Positions 44,447 through 58,261 of a DNA stretch of 64,000 nucleotides are shown piece after piece. Position 1 is the first letter of the stretch, and the number at the start of each line of letters is the position of its first letter. Source of the DNA: Paramecium tetraurelia (Eukaryota); the NCBI GenBank assembly GCA_000165425.1, contig CT868507.1, forward strand, positions 248,001 through 312,000, in the 5' to 3' direction. The notes beneath the pieces are model-generated. The model saw nothing but the letters and a program-made list of their open reading frames with translations, was not told the origin of the DNA and did not search any database. Made by a program: the position numbers and the translations under genes.

Positions 44447-46616
44447 TCACAATTTATTCTTTCTTTGCTTCTTCTCGATCTGTCTACGTTTACCCTTCTC
44501 CATATTCTTCAATTTCAAGTTCTTCTTTATTTTTTTAGACTATAATTATAATTAACACATTACTTTCAACAGTTGTTCTGGTCTCTTTATCTCCTACTTC
44601 CCTCCTCTCTATTGTCCCTCTTCCTAATTAAAGTAATATCCTTTGGCTCTCATATTTCTCCTCTTAAAAAGTTCTTTCGCTCGAGAAACTATTTATTGAT
44701 CCTACAATTCAAAGATATCTTTACCTCCTCCTCTCCCACATTCTACAATTGAATGCTTGTTTATTTCTGCCACTTTTTAAAATTCTGCTTTCCTTTTTCA
44801 ACCTTCATCCCACGATCCTCCTTATCTTACTATTATGCTGCCTTTGGGTTTACATACTTCTTTTTATCCTTATCCCAAACCATCTATTTCCTCTTACGAA
44901 GTGCATCAGTTCCATCTGAAATTACAAATGGATTTATATCCTCCAACGTAATCTTATGTAAGTCTTCGAATTCTGACTTTTTTGTTGGGTCTCTCTAAGT
45001 TGGAATAAAGAACTTTTGATCCATAAAATTTTCTATATTTAGTGATTTCGGCTATTCCTTCAATTCGATCTTTGGAAGAGGCTTACGCTTTTGTACATCC
45101 TTCAAATGAGACACAGCCTTCATAAAAGGATCTGATTTCTAATTTGATTCAAACTTCTTGATTTCTATAACACTCTAAGCAGATTTGAAATTCTTAATTT
45201 AATTAAGCATATCCTTTGTGTCCTCCTCAACTTAGATCTTATCCTTAAACAACGGATGCACTAAACTGGTATCTATATTTGTCTTCACTTTCTTGGCTGA
45301 TCCTCTAGTCTTACGAAACTTTTCATTGGCTCTGGTAGCTATTTCTTTAAAGTTCTAAAACTCAATGTCATCATTCAAGTCATTCAATTTCTCTTGATTT
45401 TACATCAACAATTCAATTGGCATACTACCATAAAATGCCTAAGAAGGGTCACTAAAATCACCGTCATTGACCAATTTTCTACCAACATATACCATTGTTT
45501 CTTTAATGTAAAGAATCTCCTCTGATGATATCAATGCATATACATAACCTGCCTTACCTGCTCTTGCTGTACGACCAGATCTGTGTATAAATATTTTAGG
45601 ATTGGATGGATAATCATAATGTATAACATTGGCCACGAATGGTAGATCTATACCTCTACTTGCTAAATCAGTAACAATCAACACTTTCACTTGATTCCTC
45701 TTGAAGTTATCTAATTGTTCTTTTCTGTCCAACTAATCCATTTTGCCATAAACATGGAACATTTGAAATATGGAATTTATTCAAGGCATAAGAGAGCATA
45801 TCAACCAAAAATCGAGTGGAAGCAAACACCAAACAAGTCATCCTAGAGTTATCTAATCAAATAGATGAGAGCACTCAACTTATTGGTCATTAGCTGCAAA
45901 TAAAAAATGCAATTGCATTGAATCTGGCAATTGAAACTCTTTGTCTAATTTACAAAATATGTAATCCTTTAGTCCAACAGATGCGAACATACTGAGTTAC
46001 TCTGGAATGGTGGCAGAAAACATCAATGATTGTTTTTAAGAAGGAAGATGGGTTAAGATTTATTTTAGTTGATCTGCCAAACCCATTTCAAATAGAAAAT
46101 CAGCCTCGTCATAAACTACCATTTAGACTCTTGATAACTTCAATCTATCTTCCAATAGATGTTGCAACACTCTTCCAGGAGTACAAATTAAAATGTCAGG
46201 ATTTGAAGCCAAACTCTCAAATTAACCTTCAAAACCATGACCTCCAACCATTATGGAGTATTGGATATCTGAGAACTTTAATAAGGCTTTTAACACTGAT
46301 GCAATTTGCAATGCCAATTCTCTTGTTGGGAGGAGAATTAATCCCCTAATACCAACTACTGTGCTGTGGTTCTGTAACTTATTAATAAGGGGAATCAGAA
46401 AGGCGGCTGTTTTACCAGATCCTGTTTTTGAGCAAGCCACAATGTCACGTCCTGCCAATATTTATGGTATTGCCTAGATTAGATAAATGGAAATTCTACT
46501 TTTCTTTAGATTGGTGTGGGAACATTGAATCCCTGACTCTTGATAGCTCTATAAAGCTCTGGGATTAATCCCATGGATTCGAATCCTCCAGATTTCTTGA
46601 CTTTAGTTTAATCCAT
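44447..46616 (-). CDS. DBP10: DEAD-box RNA helicase DBP10/DDX54
   Basis: Motifs [58 protein letters not shown] and [10 protein letters not shown]. The C-terminal [15 protein letters not shown] tail is DBP10CT-like. Confidence 0.92.
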
Positions 46617-46806
46617 ATATTAAATTATTAAATTGCGATTTGGATGATTATATTTATGTTATTCCTTTGAATTTGATATAGAGGGACAGAGATTTTAAAT
46701 GAAAACACTTGGTTAAGAGTGATTTACAGGATCTCTACCCTTATTGAATATTGAATTGGTTTGTTAAATATTTAAGTTAATTTTTCTCCATAATTGATAA
46801 TTGAGG

Positions 46807-47714
46807 ATGGAAAGAGCTGCAAATCTCATCTTAACAGCAGGATCCTACTTGTCGGAGGTGGAGTGCTATTCAAGTCCTTCTTCTATACCGTGGATGGAGG
46901 ATAGAGAGGATTAATTTTCGATCGATTTTAAGGAGTCAAAGAATCTGTCTATGGAGAAGGAATGCACTTTTTCATCCCAGTCATTTAAGTATTGAATTGC
47001 ATCAAGATTTCTCTAGTCACCCATTGTGGCTGAAGTGCGTCTTTAACCAAAAACAGTGGCATCTCACACAGGTACTAAAGATTTACAAACTGTGGATATT
47101 GCTATCAGAATGCTTCATAAGCCAATTGAATAATATTTACCTGAAATTTATAAGTAGAATTTGCAAATATTATTCATCTTAGAACTATTGGTTTAAATTA
47201 CGAAGAGAAGATTCTTCCATCCATTGCTAATGAAGTCTTGAAGGCAGTCGTGGCTTAATATGATGCAGATCAATTGATCAAAATGAGAGAGAAGATATCC
47301 TAGGAAATCAAGGAAGGTTTGATTGAAAGAGCAAAGGAATTCAAAATTGTCTTGGAAGATGTATCAATTACTCATTTGGGGTTCATGAAAGAATATGCTC
47401 AAGCTATTGAAGCTAAATAGGTGGCCTAGTAATTGGCTGAAAGATAAAAGTTCATTGTGTTGAGAGATGAAGAAGAAAAGAACGCAAAAATCATATTATC
47501 TGAAGGAGAATCAGAAGCAGCAAGATTGATTAATGATGCAGTTAAATCTTATGGAACAGGTACTAACTCATTATTAAATATAATAGCCTAGATTGAAATC
47601 AAGAAATTAGAGACTGCCAAACATATTGCTGAAACATTAGCCAAAAGTCCAAATATTAGTTGGATCCCAACTGGAAATGGAGTTTCAAATCTATTGAATT
47701 TGAAAACATTTTGA
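46807..47714 (+). CDS. PHB: prohibitin (SPFH), with one apparent 1-nt deletion near 46844
   Basis: Motifs [52 protein letters not shown] and AIEAKQVAQQLAER. Three micro-introns; TGA at 47712-47714. Confidence 0.93.
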
Positions 47715-47748
47715 GAATGTATTTTATATTATTTGAATGCTATATATA

Positions 47749-50540
47749 TCATGCTTTAACAAGTTTTCTTAAAACATATTACAAGATTCCTCCATGTTTG
47801 TAATATTCAATTTCTACCTCAGTGTCTAATCTGGATTTAGCCTAGAATTTCTTGCCAGTTGCTAAAGATAATATAAATAATTGATACATGTTTCAACAGT
47901 GTATGTTTAACCAAGAGTTAAATTGCTTTCATTGACATTGATAGTGAATTATTCTTTTCCAGTTAATCCAAGAGTGTCAGCACTTTCTCCCTTTAAGAAT
48001 TCAAGTGGTAAGATACCCATTCCAACTAAATTGGATCTGTGGATTCTCTCAAATGATTATGCAATGACACATTTAACACCTTACAAATATGGTCCTCTAA
48101 GAAATATGATATAAATAATTACTTTGCTGCCCAATCTCTGCTACTTCCTGAACCATACTCTTGACCAGCCAAAACAATAGTTTGATTTCCTTCTTTCATG
48201 TGTTTATCAGCTGCATCGAAGACATCCATTACATCTCCTGTTGGGACATAGACAGTTTAAGGTCCAACCTTACTGACCAACTTGTTGATGATACGAGTGT
48301 TAGCAAAGGTACCTCTGGCCATAATTTCATCATTTCCTCTTCTGGCACCATAAGTGTTGAAATCCTTTTTGGCAACACCTTTGCTTTTAAGATAACGTCC
48401 AGCAGGGGAGTTTTCAGAAATAGAACCAGCTGGTGAGATGTGATCAGTTGTGATGAAATCACCCAAATTCAAAAGACAATAAGCATTCTTAATTGGTTAG
48501 ACTTATTTTGGATTCAATTCTGTGGTTTAGAAGAATGGTGGATTGTGAATATAAGTGGATTCTGGTTTCCATTAATAAAGATCTGTCTTGTTGACTTTCA
48601 ATTGATTCCATCTTTCAGTTCCTTATGCGATTCTTGAGTAGATATCTCTGAACATTTATGGTTTGAGTGCTTATTCAACAGCCTTACCACATTATTCTCT
48701 GCTTGGCCAGATATCTTTCAAAAATACTGGTTTTCCATTTTTATCAGTTCCAATTGGTGTTGTATCAAAATCAATGTTGACAGTACCAGCTAATGCATAA
48801 GCAACAACCAATGGTGGAGATGCAAGATAATTGGCTCTGACTTATTAGTGGATTCTAGCTTCAAAGTTACGATTTCCTGAGAGGACAGCTGCAGCAACTA
48901 AATCCTTGTTTTTAATGGCTTCTGCAACTTCGTTATCTAATTCTCCAGTGTTACCAATGCAAGTCATACATCCATAACCAGCAGTTGTGAAACCCAATTA
49001 ATCAAGATATTTGCTGACACCAGATTCCTCGAAATATTTAGTAACAACATTGGATCCTGGAGAGAGAGTGGTTTTGATGTATGGCTTAACTTTCAATCCC
49101 TTTTCAACAGCATTCTTAGCCAAGAGACCAGCACCAATCATACTTTCTGGATTACTTGTATTTGTGCATGATGTAATAGCAGCAATAACAACACTTCCAT
49201 GTTACAGAGAATATTTCTATCCTTGATATGTGAATTCTGCAACATCTGTTTATTTTTCTTAAGGAATTCCAAATCCTTTGAATCCAACCTTATTGTTGAG
49301 ACAAGAAGCCCAATCTTTCTTCATTTTCAGCCAATGGTACTCTATCATGAGGTCTTTTTGGTCCTGAGAGTGATGGTTAGACTGAGGCAAGATCCAAATC
49401 TAAAACATCACCAGAGAAGTGGGGATCATTTCCACTCTTGTAATCACGGAACAAACCTTATTCTCTGAGATAAGTTTCAATTTGTCTAACTTTGCTTTCT
49501 GGTCTACCTGTTAAGTTCAAATAATCAATAGTCTTGTGATCAATTGGGAAGTATCCCATGGTGGCACCATATTCTGGAGCCATGTTGGCGATGGTAGCTC
49601 TATCAGCAAGAGACAAGGTTTCAACTCCTGGTCCAAAGAATTCTACGAATTTACCAACGACACCTCTCTTTCTTAACATTTATGTGCATGTAAGGACTAG
49701 ATCTGTGGCTGTGACATTTGCTGGTAATTTTCCATGTAATCTGAAACCAACGACTTCGGGTAAGACCATTGATATTGTTTATCCAAGCATAACAGCTTCA
49801 GCTTCAATTCCACCAACTCCCCATCCTGTCACTCCTAAACCGTTAATCATTGTGGTGTGTGAATCTGTTCCTACGACTGAGTCTGGGAATAAATATCCTT
49901 ATTCTTCCATGACAACTCTTGCCAAATATTCCAAGTTAACTTAATGAACAATTCCTGATCCAGGTGGAACAATCAAGAAGTTCTTGAAGGCTGTTGATCC
50001 CCATTTCAAGAATTCAAAACGCTCATAGTTACGACTGAATTCAATTTTCTCATTCTCTTCATATGCTCTTGGTACTCTTGATACATCTGCTTGAACTGAG
50101 TGATCAATCACCAAGTCAACTGGGCATAATGGATTAATCTTTTAAGGGTCTCCACCTAGTCTCTTCATTGCATCTCTCATTGCAGCCAAATCTACTACGG
50201 CTGGTACTCCTGTAAAATCTTGCAAGATGACACGTGCTGGCTTGAATGGAATCTCTATCTATTTTGGAGCATTTGTCTCCCAATTCAAGATATTCTAAAC
50301 ATCCTTTGATGTCACTGCAAACTCATCACAATTACGCACTGCTGATTCCAACAACACTCTGATCGAATATGGTAAATGATCTATACAATATACAACTAAG
50401 AACTTACTTAATTTAGAATCCCCCAAAGCTGGTAAACTGAAGAACTTATACTCTTTTCCGTCAACCTTGAGTGTTTTCTAAGCCTTAATGTATGGGTTAG
50501 CTCTAGCTCCGAACCTGAATCTGGATGTGAATCTTATCAT
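47749..50540 (-). CDS. ACO: aconitate hydratase, AcnA/IRP1 type, with mitochondrial-like presequence
   Basis: Motifs [87 protein letters not shown] and [13 protein letters not shown]. Confidence 0.97.
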
Positions 50541-51705
50541 AATTAAAAATTTATTTTAGGTATCACTCAACATTAATAATCACTTAAATACTCCACTTTT
50601 TATAATAATTATCCAATGATACTAAACCTCTAACTAATTCTGGTATATTTTACCATAACTTTTTTAAAATTCAATACTGAGAGAAAGAATACTGGAAAAT
50701 ATAATTGGTTTTACATAATTAATTTTCAATAATTGTATTTAAATGTTTCATTCTCTTAAAATAATCATACTTTTTAAGGATCATCATTGATATAGATTTG
50801 TATAAAGGTGTCTTTAAATTACCAGCTAATTCTGAATATATTTTAAACGGTATTTGATTCATTTATTAAATAGCCATATATATATTTTAGATCAATTTAT
50901 CATTTTATTAATTATAACATATAAAGGAATTGAATATACTTATTAGTCTTAAGGCTAATTACATTCTTTGATTATATCGTTAATATTATTTTAATTATGT
51001 AACAATTTACAATTGATAACCTTATAAATAACAATTTTTGAAAGTATTTTCATAGACAGAATTTTATAACTCTTTCAATCATTAATATATAAAATTTAAA
51101 AGAAAGAATATTTTAAATGAACAAATATTTTCTGACTCTCTAAAGGGAATTTAATTAATGTTAATTTGTTTTAATCATTCTTAAATAATTGAATTACAAT
51201 AATTAAATCATCTTACATAGTAATTATCACTTTAAATCATTTTCTTTTGCTTAATTTATTACTAACTTCATATTATTTATGAATTACTTTAATACCTTAA
51301 TTAAATTCTAAAATTAATTATAATTTAAACCATACATACTTATTAATAATTTTTCTGTTTGTTTTTAAACGACTAACTAGGATTTTAATATCTTATAGAT
51401 TGAGTTTAATATTTCAAAAGAATATCGAATCAAGTAAATAGGACTAATCTATATTCAATATTTCGGAAAACATAAATTTTAGCTGCATTTTACTATTTAA
51501 GTTAAATTAAGATGAAATTAAAGAAAATATATAAAATTGAAATAAAGGACTATTTATTCCACATATATTTGATTAATCATAAATTACTAAAATTAATTAA
51601 ATATCATGTTATTTAAATTTAGATCATATCCAATAGTTGTTTGTATCCAATGAGCTTCAAGAATAACGAAATTAATATTATATGAACAGAATTTAAGTAT
51701 TAAAA

Positions 51706-52809
51706 TCATTTATTTTTCTTCTTTAATTCTAAGTCTCTCAATTTCCAATAAGGAACATTCTCATTTTTTAAACTTCCTCTTTTTGATCGAATCTATTGAC
51801 ATTTGATGCTTAAAGATTCTTCAGTTTTTTATTTTCCTAATTATTCATCTAACCTATCAATTTTTAATGCCTTATCCCAAACACTACTAGTTGGAGAGTT
51901 GTGAATTTCGATAGGATTCAGAGCTATTTAATCTAATATTTTTTCTTTGTCTTAGTCGAGTATGATCATGATTTTTCTGCATTCGAGTCTATTAGTAAAG
52001 TTATTATTTTGTAAGTCTTCCCCTTTATTTGATTCGAAGTATGGTTTTGTCATTTATTATGTTTTTTGGACTGGTTTAAAACTATCCTCACAACAGGAAG
52101 GTTTTCTTTTTTCAAAGTAAAAGTCAAGATTTTTCTAAAGTGAAATTTAATTATCCAATATTTGTACATCTTAAAAAGAGTTATTCCTTTCAAATGGATT
52201 CCTTGGTTCTTGCATATTATCATCTCTATTAGATTGCATGAATTAGGCAGTTCCAGGGGTATCCACTGTTTTTTAAATAAGTTTAGATTCTTCAGTTTAA
52301 AGAGAAGCTTAGAATGTAATTCTGTTGGAAATAGGGTTAGTTTCAGGTCCTAAGATTTCCAGAGGATTAGGAACTTTTTCTTGAATTTTCTTTTTTAATT
52401 CCTACAACTTAAGCAGAGTGGTATCTCTATCACTGACGCTTTGTCTCTTTCTGTTAATCACTATATTCTTTAGGGGCAAAGCTTCTTAACTAACTCGAAT
52501 AGGTGACGCATCATTATTGTGGACTGTTTTATGTTTTTTTATTTCTTGATTGCTCACACCATCTTTTTACTATGGAGGTTGATGCTAGGATTGATTGGTA
52601 TGACATTTCTAATATTTCTTGAGTAACTATAAAATATCGGGGGTTGATTTTTGTTTTTGTCTTTCAGGTTTGTGTATTTATGCATAAGAGCTTTATTTCT
52701 AAATTACATATTCCGATAATTTTCGCTTGATTGGCGTATGTATTTTTGAATAGGAATCTTTGCTTCCATGACGTTAATGATCACTGATATTTGTTTGGTT
52801 AATACTCAT
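51706..52809 (-). CDS. hypothetical basic, low-complexity protein (~367 aa)
   Basis: ATG 52809 to TGA 51708-51706 spans 1104 nt, in frame in code 6. Confidence 0.65.
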
Positions 52810-53635
52810 ATGTTTCTGTTAATTTAATTTGAGTATATTTTTATATTATTAGTATAATCATAGCATCATATCATCATAGCATTCAAGATTATCAGAAATA
52901 AGATTCTTCGCTTCCTGTTGATTTTTCAATTCAGTCTCAGATATTTAATCTATGATGAAGGATTAAGAAACCAATATTAAATTTATTGATGATCGCATTT
53001 AATTGATTAAGAAAATCTAAATTTTATGTAAAATATGCATCAGTTTGAAAATTCATTATCTTAAACAAGTAATGTCTACAATTTCATTTAATGCTGAGAA
53101 TATTTTGATAATATAGAAAGATTATTAAACTTAACATATTAATTGTTTTTTTCATTTTAAATCTCAAAAAAAATGCAGAAATGTAATTCTAAAGACTGCA
53201 ATCCATCCAGATTATAATAAAGTATTATAAAATATATATATAGTGATCCTTATTCAATAATTATTTGATCATATATTTATTCTTACTATTCTCTGTAATA
53301 TTTTATAATATAATAATAAATAGCTAGATATAGTAAAATAATGTTATTGTTCTATTAAATTAGTTTACTTATCATTCTGGATGACCAGTTCCATCCATCG
53401 TCTTCTCTACCAAGAATTTCTTCAGACAAAAATTTTGATTAAGATTGATGAGTTAACAGTATATTAAAAACATCATCAGTTAAAATTGAGCTGAAGATTA
53501 TAATATTGTAATATAATATTTGAAATTTGAGTGGCATTTTAATAAATTAGTAACACTTTCATTTATAAATGTTTTTAATTTTTTAATGTATCTATAATTA
53601 ATTCATAAAATATATTGTAATCGATATTTGAAAAT

Positions 53636-53989
53636 TCAAAGCATTCCTAGAAATTTTTTGTTAAGATTTCTGCTACTGCTATCTTGAGCCAATTAGAGTA
53701 GATTTTAAGTTTATCTCAAATTAATAAATACATCTTCCTTAAGTTCAACATTCTCCTCTTTCTCCATTCTGCTGGGTTATTTCTCATTCAATATATTGTC
53801 AACACATGTACTGCCAAGTCTTTCGACCTTTTCTACATTATCTATACTATCTATATCCCCTTTAATTAAATTTAGAGATAATGGTTGCATTTGCAGTGTT
53901 TTTGGAGAAATTTCTTCTTAAAACAAGATCTGTCCAGCTTCAAATTGCTATAGCTTTTCTTTGACAGGCATTTGTTAACAACAACCCAT
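53636..53989 (-). CDS. small hypothetical protein with MGCC dual-acylation motif (117 aa)
   Basis: Reads MGCCQQMPVKEKLQQF..KKFLGML* in a continuous code-6 frame. Confidence 0.7.
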
Positions 53990-54063
53990 TATTTTATTTA
54001 TTTAATAGGAGAATCAAAATATATTAGTTTCAAATGGCTTTAATTATAATTAAGTTTAATAAG

Positions 54064-54243
54064 TCAATTAGATTCCTCCAAATATCTAAAATGTTATGCC
54101 TTTTATTCTTGATTGAATTCTTAGAATAATTCTGTTTGTTAATCATTTGAGCAGCATGATACTGGACCTAAGGAGTTCCGAACTTATGGAATGTGTTGAT
54201 ATTTTAGTTACTCCTGAAAGTAGGATTTCTGGTTGTTGTTCAT
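54064..54243 (-). CDS. putative small protein (59 aa)
   Basis: Reads MNNNQKSYFQEQLKYQHIPQVRNSLGPVSCCSND..LEESN*. The ATG follows an AT-rich leader. Short, with no known domain. Confidence 0.4.
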
Positions 54244-54356
54244 TTATTAATATAAATTTACATTTCAAAAATTTTAATAATAAAATATATTATATAGCGA
54301 ATTAATTTAATTCTTGGTAATTAAGGTGATAACATTAAATATTTTTTCAAATCTTT

Positions 54357-55451
54357 ATGAGCAATAATTTATTCAACGTTCTCAACTTCTCTGACACAGA
54401 AGAAGCCCCAGAATAATAATAGAAAAAGTCTAAGAAAAATAATAACAACAAGGAATAGGTGATACCAGTTGAGTAAGTACAAAAGGAAAATACTAAACAT
54501 GATAATCCCGCTCCTAAACAAAAAGGCGTTCCTGCTGAGCCACACCCTAAAGATAGATAGTCCGGCACTGGAAGAGGCAAGGAATAAAGAAAAGAAGGTG
54601 GTGGAAGAAACAATTGGGGAAATTACAAAGATGACCTCAAAGAAGAAAAATATATTGCAAAAGAGAAAAAGACTTAGGATGCACCAACAGAAGGATAAAA
54701 CGAATAAACAACACAACCAGTTTAACCTCCTGCCCCTGAAAAGACTCTTGCCGATTATTACTAATAAAGAGGAGCTGTAATCATATTTACTATATATTTA
54801 GAATGTTGAAGACATCCTCAAGAAGACTGAGACCAAACCATAAGTGACCAAGGAAATTGACTAAGAGGCATTGAAAAAGGATAAGCTCTTTGTCATGAAA
54901 ACAAGAGAAGACGAAAAAAAACAATAAGAACAAAAGTAGAAAAAAACAAGACAACAATAACCATATAGAAGTGAATTAAACAAAGAAGCTGCTGAATACT
55001 TGGGATTCACAAATCAAACATAAGAGCCTGAAAGAAAGAATGAAAGAAGAGGAGAAAGAAGATAATAAGATAAATAAGAACCAGTTTAAGAATAATAATA
55101 ATAAAGTGGAACTTAAGCTTAAGAAGAAAAAGGAGAAAGAAAGGAAAGAGGAGATAGATAAGAAAGAGGAGACAGATAAGACAGAGGAGACAGATAAGAC
55201 AGAGGAGACAGATAAGACAGAGGACCTAGATAAAATAAGGGATACAAAGGAGATAGATAAGATAGACCATAACATGATAGATAAAATAGAGATAACAACA
55301 CAAGAGATTAAAGAAGAGGAGATAACCACAGAAAGGGAGATGATAATAGATAAGATAAGAGACCTCAATAAAGATAATAAGTATTGACACTTATTTATTA
55401 TTTTAGGAATAAGGAATTCAATTGGATGACAAAGATTTCCCATCTTTATGA
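54357..55451 (+). CDS. SERBP1/Stm1/HABP4-family RNA- and ribosome-binding protein
   Basis: N-terminal MSNNLFNVL, core DRQSGTGRGKEQRKEGGGRNNWG, KTLADYY, and C-terminal LDDKDFPSL*. Two micro-introns. Confidence 0.88.
55148..55230 (+). repeat. 18-bp coding tandem repeat (RGDRQD), about 4.5 copies
   Basis: Unit AGAGGAGACAGATAAGAC occurs three times exactly, with degenerate flanking copies. Confidence 0.9.
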
Positions 55452-55592
55452 GTGTGATGAGTATTAAAATATCAATCATTATCTATATAATGTATATCCT
55501 TCTTTATAAATATTGTTAAAACCTTATAATTTGTAAAAGATTAATTTGAAACAAAAGAATTAATTAATTATATATATATATATGTACATAAA

Positions 55593-56567
55593 TCAATATT
55601 ATCTAATTAATAGTCGATGAGATGATGTTAGAACTTTGCCTTTTAGTAATCTATTAGAAGGCGCTGTACCTGGTCTGGCAAGTGGTTTTATCGATTATCG
55701 ATCTGATTTTATGCTAAATAGATTCAATTTTTTTTATAATTATTCATCCACAATTTAGTTCAAAGTGTATTTTTTGTTCATCCAATTGTTATCAGAAGGT
55801 TGAACAAAAAGTTTGATAGGCATGTTTGAATATTTCATTTTAGGCTGGGGTGTGCTGAACTTTTTGAATTCACTGCAATTTAATAGGTCAAAAATATATA
55901 CATTTATTAATAAGGTGGTATGAATTGAGACACTAGGTCTTATTTCCATTAGACTTTTTTAACACCAATTTCCTTTTTCCTCTTAGGCTCGTTTGAATAT
56001 GTTCGCTGGCTATTTAGATAGGTGTTTCTTGCTAATATTTCATCATCATTTTAGGCATCATCCCAGTTTTAACTAAGCTTGGACACTTAAAGCCACTTTT
56101 CATAATTGAGTAGTTATCGAACAACATTAGATTTAATTTCAAAATCGTTTTTTAGATTTTGTATATATTGCAAAGTCTTTTATAATGTCCATTTAAATCT
56201 AGAGGTAAGTTTTGGAGCGAATACTTGCGCATTAAAAATACAACCACCACAAAAACTGAACGATTGAATGCTCTAATAGAATGAACTAAAACAGCTTCTC
56301 CTGCTTCAAGGGCATCATTAATAAAGGCGAAACAACGGGAATAGTCGAATGCAAATTGGGTTTCACTTTCTAACCACTAATAGGACAAGTATTCAATGCC
56401 GATGGATTCCCAATGATTAGGAATATGTTTGGCAGCACAATTAATTATCTTGGTTATCTTGTTAGTCACCAAGAACTCTAGATCCTCATGTTTTAGATCA
56501 CATTTACATGGGCTGCACCCTAATCTCCAAGGTAAAGACCATCAATGATACGAGTTGGCAATTACAT
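55593..56567 (-). CDS. dual-specificity phosphatase-fold protein with catalytic Cys replaced by Ser
   Basis: Motifs PTRIIDGLYLGD, ITKIINCA, CFAFINDALEAGEAVLVHSIRAFNRS and FLMRKFKWTLQKTL. Three micro-introns inferred. Confidence 0.85.
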
Positions 56568-57128
56568 TAAATTATATTTATTAATAATATCTGTTTTATG
56601 AAACTCTACTGAATAGGCTTTTTTTATTCATATAATTAGAGTCAATTAGTATGCTTTATTTCTACCTTTTTGAGTGAAATTTATAGATAGGAAAGTTAGT
56701 TGGTAAGACAGCTTTCAGCTTGCGACTTTGAAGTTTAGTACACTTTAAGTATATTATTAGAAGTGAAAGTGAATACAAAACTTTACATTTCATTCTAATT
56801 TTAGAACAATTATTTAATTTATCAAGTATACAATGAGATTTAGAAAATTATTCAATTATAAAATGAGTATCAGCCCGTACTTAAAATTGTGTTCTATTAA
56901 AAGATATTCTCAGATAATATTCATCAGTAACTGAGTAATATCTCTCTATATTTTAGAATTATCATGTCAAGAAATCTAAATTTAATAATTTCTGGAAAGA
57001 GTTCTACTTCTAAAAGATTCATGTGTAAATTTTGTTACTTCTAAAGTAATCATAGATTTCATGAAATGAGTAGTTAGTTTGTGTATGTTATATAATAATA
57101 ATAATAATAATAAACTTTAAAATTAATT

Positions 57129-58261
57129 ATGAAACAGAATAATTATACAGTAAAGGATGGGCACGCAGAGAAAATCAAACAACCTCTATATGACTTTTAA
57201 TAGGTTCATTTCTAAGTAATCTTAAATGTTTAATAACCCTAGAATCCCAAACAATAGAACCAAAACTACTAACTTAAAGAAAAATAGACTGCAATTAAAC
57301 CTGTTTCTACACTTTCTAATTAACAAGCCATTATATACAATAAAAAGACAAACCAGAATCTTTTACTAAAATTCATTTAAACAACTAAAACACCATTATA
57401 GCCTCTATTATCTAAAAAGGAATAGCCCAGAATTAATGTTATTACAAAAAGTATGAAAGAATAAATACTTATTAAGATAACTAAATTAACTGCTTACCAA
57501 AAGTCAACGATAACTAAAAGAAAGAAGGTGATTATCGAAAACATATTAGTGAAGCAATTTTGATGTAGAAATATCATTCTACACGATTGATTGAGTATTA
57601 AAATCAAAAGACCTTTTCCATTCTCAATAAATTGACAAACAACAAATTTAACAAAAGCCGATATTGCAATCTCAATTTTCTATAATAAATCAATAAACAA
57701 TAGAAATTTGTTATATTTGTCATACAAAAATTGGAGTTGTTTGGTGTTAAACATACATCTTCCTTTCTTGGCAAAAATCCACCCACTTATCAATGTTCTT
57801 TTTTTTCAGATCAAAAATTGTTATATAGAAGCAAACCTGTTGAATATAATGAATTTCTAGAATCTATTATAGGATTTAATTGTTAGGAATTCACATCCAT
57901 ATATGTTGTGATTGAAAAGATTAAACAAAATGAAGAAGTAATAGATTTCTTATTCAATAATTAGTTTTAAGTAGGGGAAGTTATTTACATCGAAAGTTAT
58001 TCTCATATTACAACAACTCCCCTGAAGGATAATATTATGATTAAGGTTAGCGATGAAATAGAGGGAGACATAAAGAAGACAATATCTGATGAATAAGTTA
58101 CGGTTGGGAAACTCCAATACAAAGTATTGTAATTATGCCAATCAAATAATTAATATAAATTACAAGCTCCCTAATCTATTTATGCTATCCAAATTTAATA
58201 GTCAACTCCTCGACCCTCAGCAAGATAAATAGATTAGAACACACCTACACAATTAAAATGA
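57129..58261 (+). CDS. hypothetical protein with beta-rich (possibly C2-like) C-terminal half
   Basis: ATG 57129. The frame is restored by a 26-nt intron near 57451-57476 and is then open to TGA 58259-58261. Confidence 0.6.

Noticed and set aside
46574..46588. GGATTCGAATCC palindrome resembling a tRNA T-arm
   Set aside because: It encodes GFES within DBP10, and no cloverleaf can be folded around it.
50560..51690. Long, extremely AT-rich gap as a possible retained IES or transposon relic (similar gaps at 1000-2000 and 52820-53620)
   Set aside because: I could not identify terminal inverted repeats, IES end-consensus pairs or transposase fragments. TA dinucleotides are too common here to be informative.
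54347..55479. Several overlapping ORFs with repeats such as KTEETD and SSVLSV; CRISPR-like appearance
   Set aside because: These are alternative frames of the SERBP1-like gene. The 18-bp units are contiguous, with no spacers and no cas genes.
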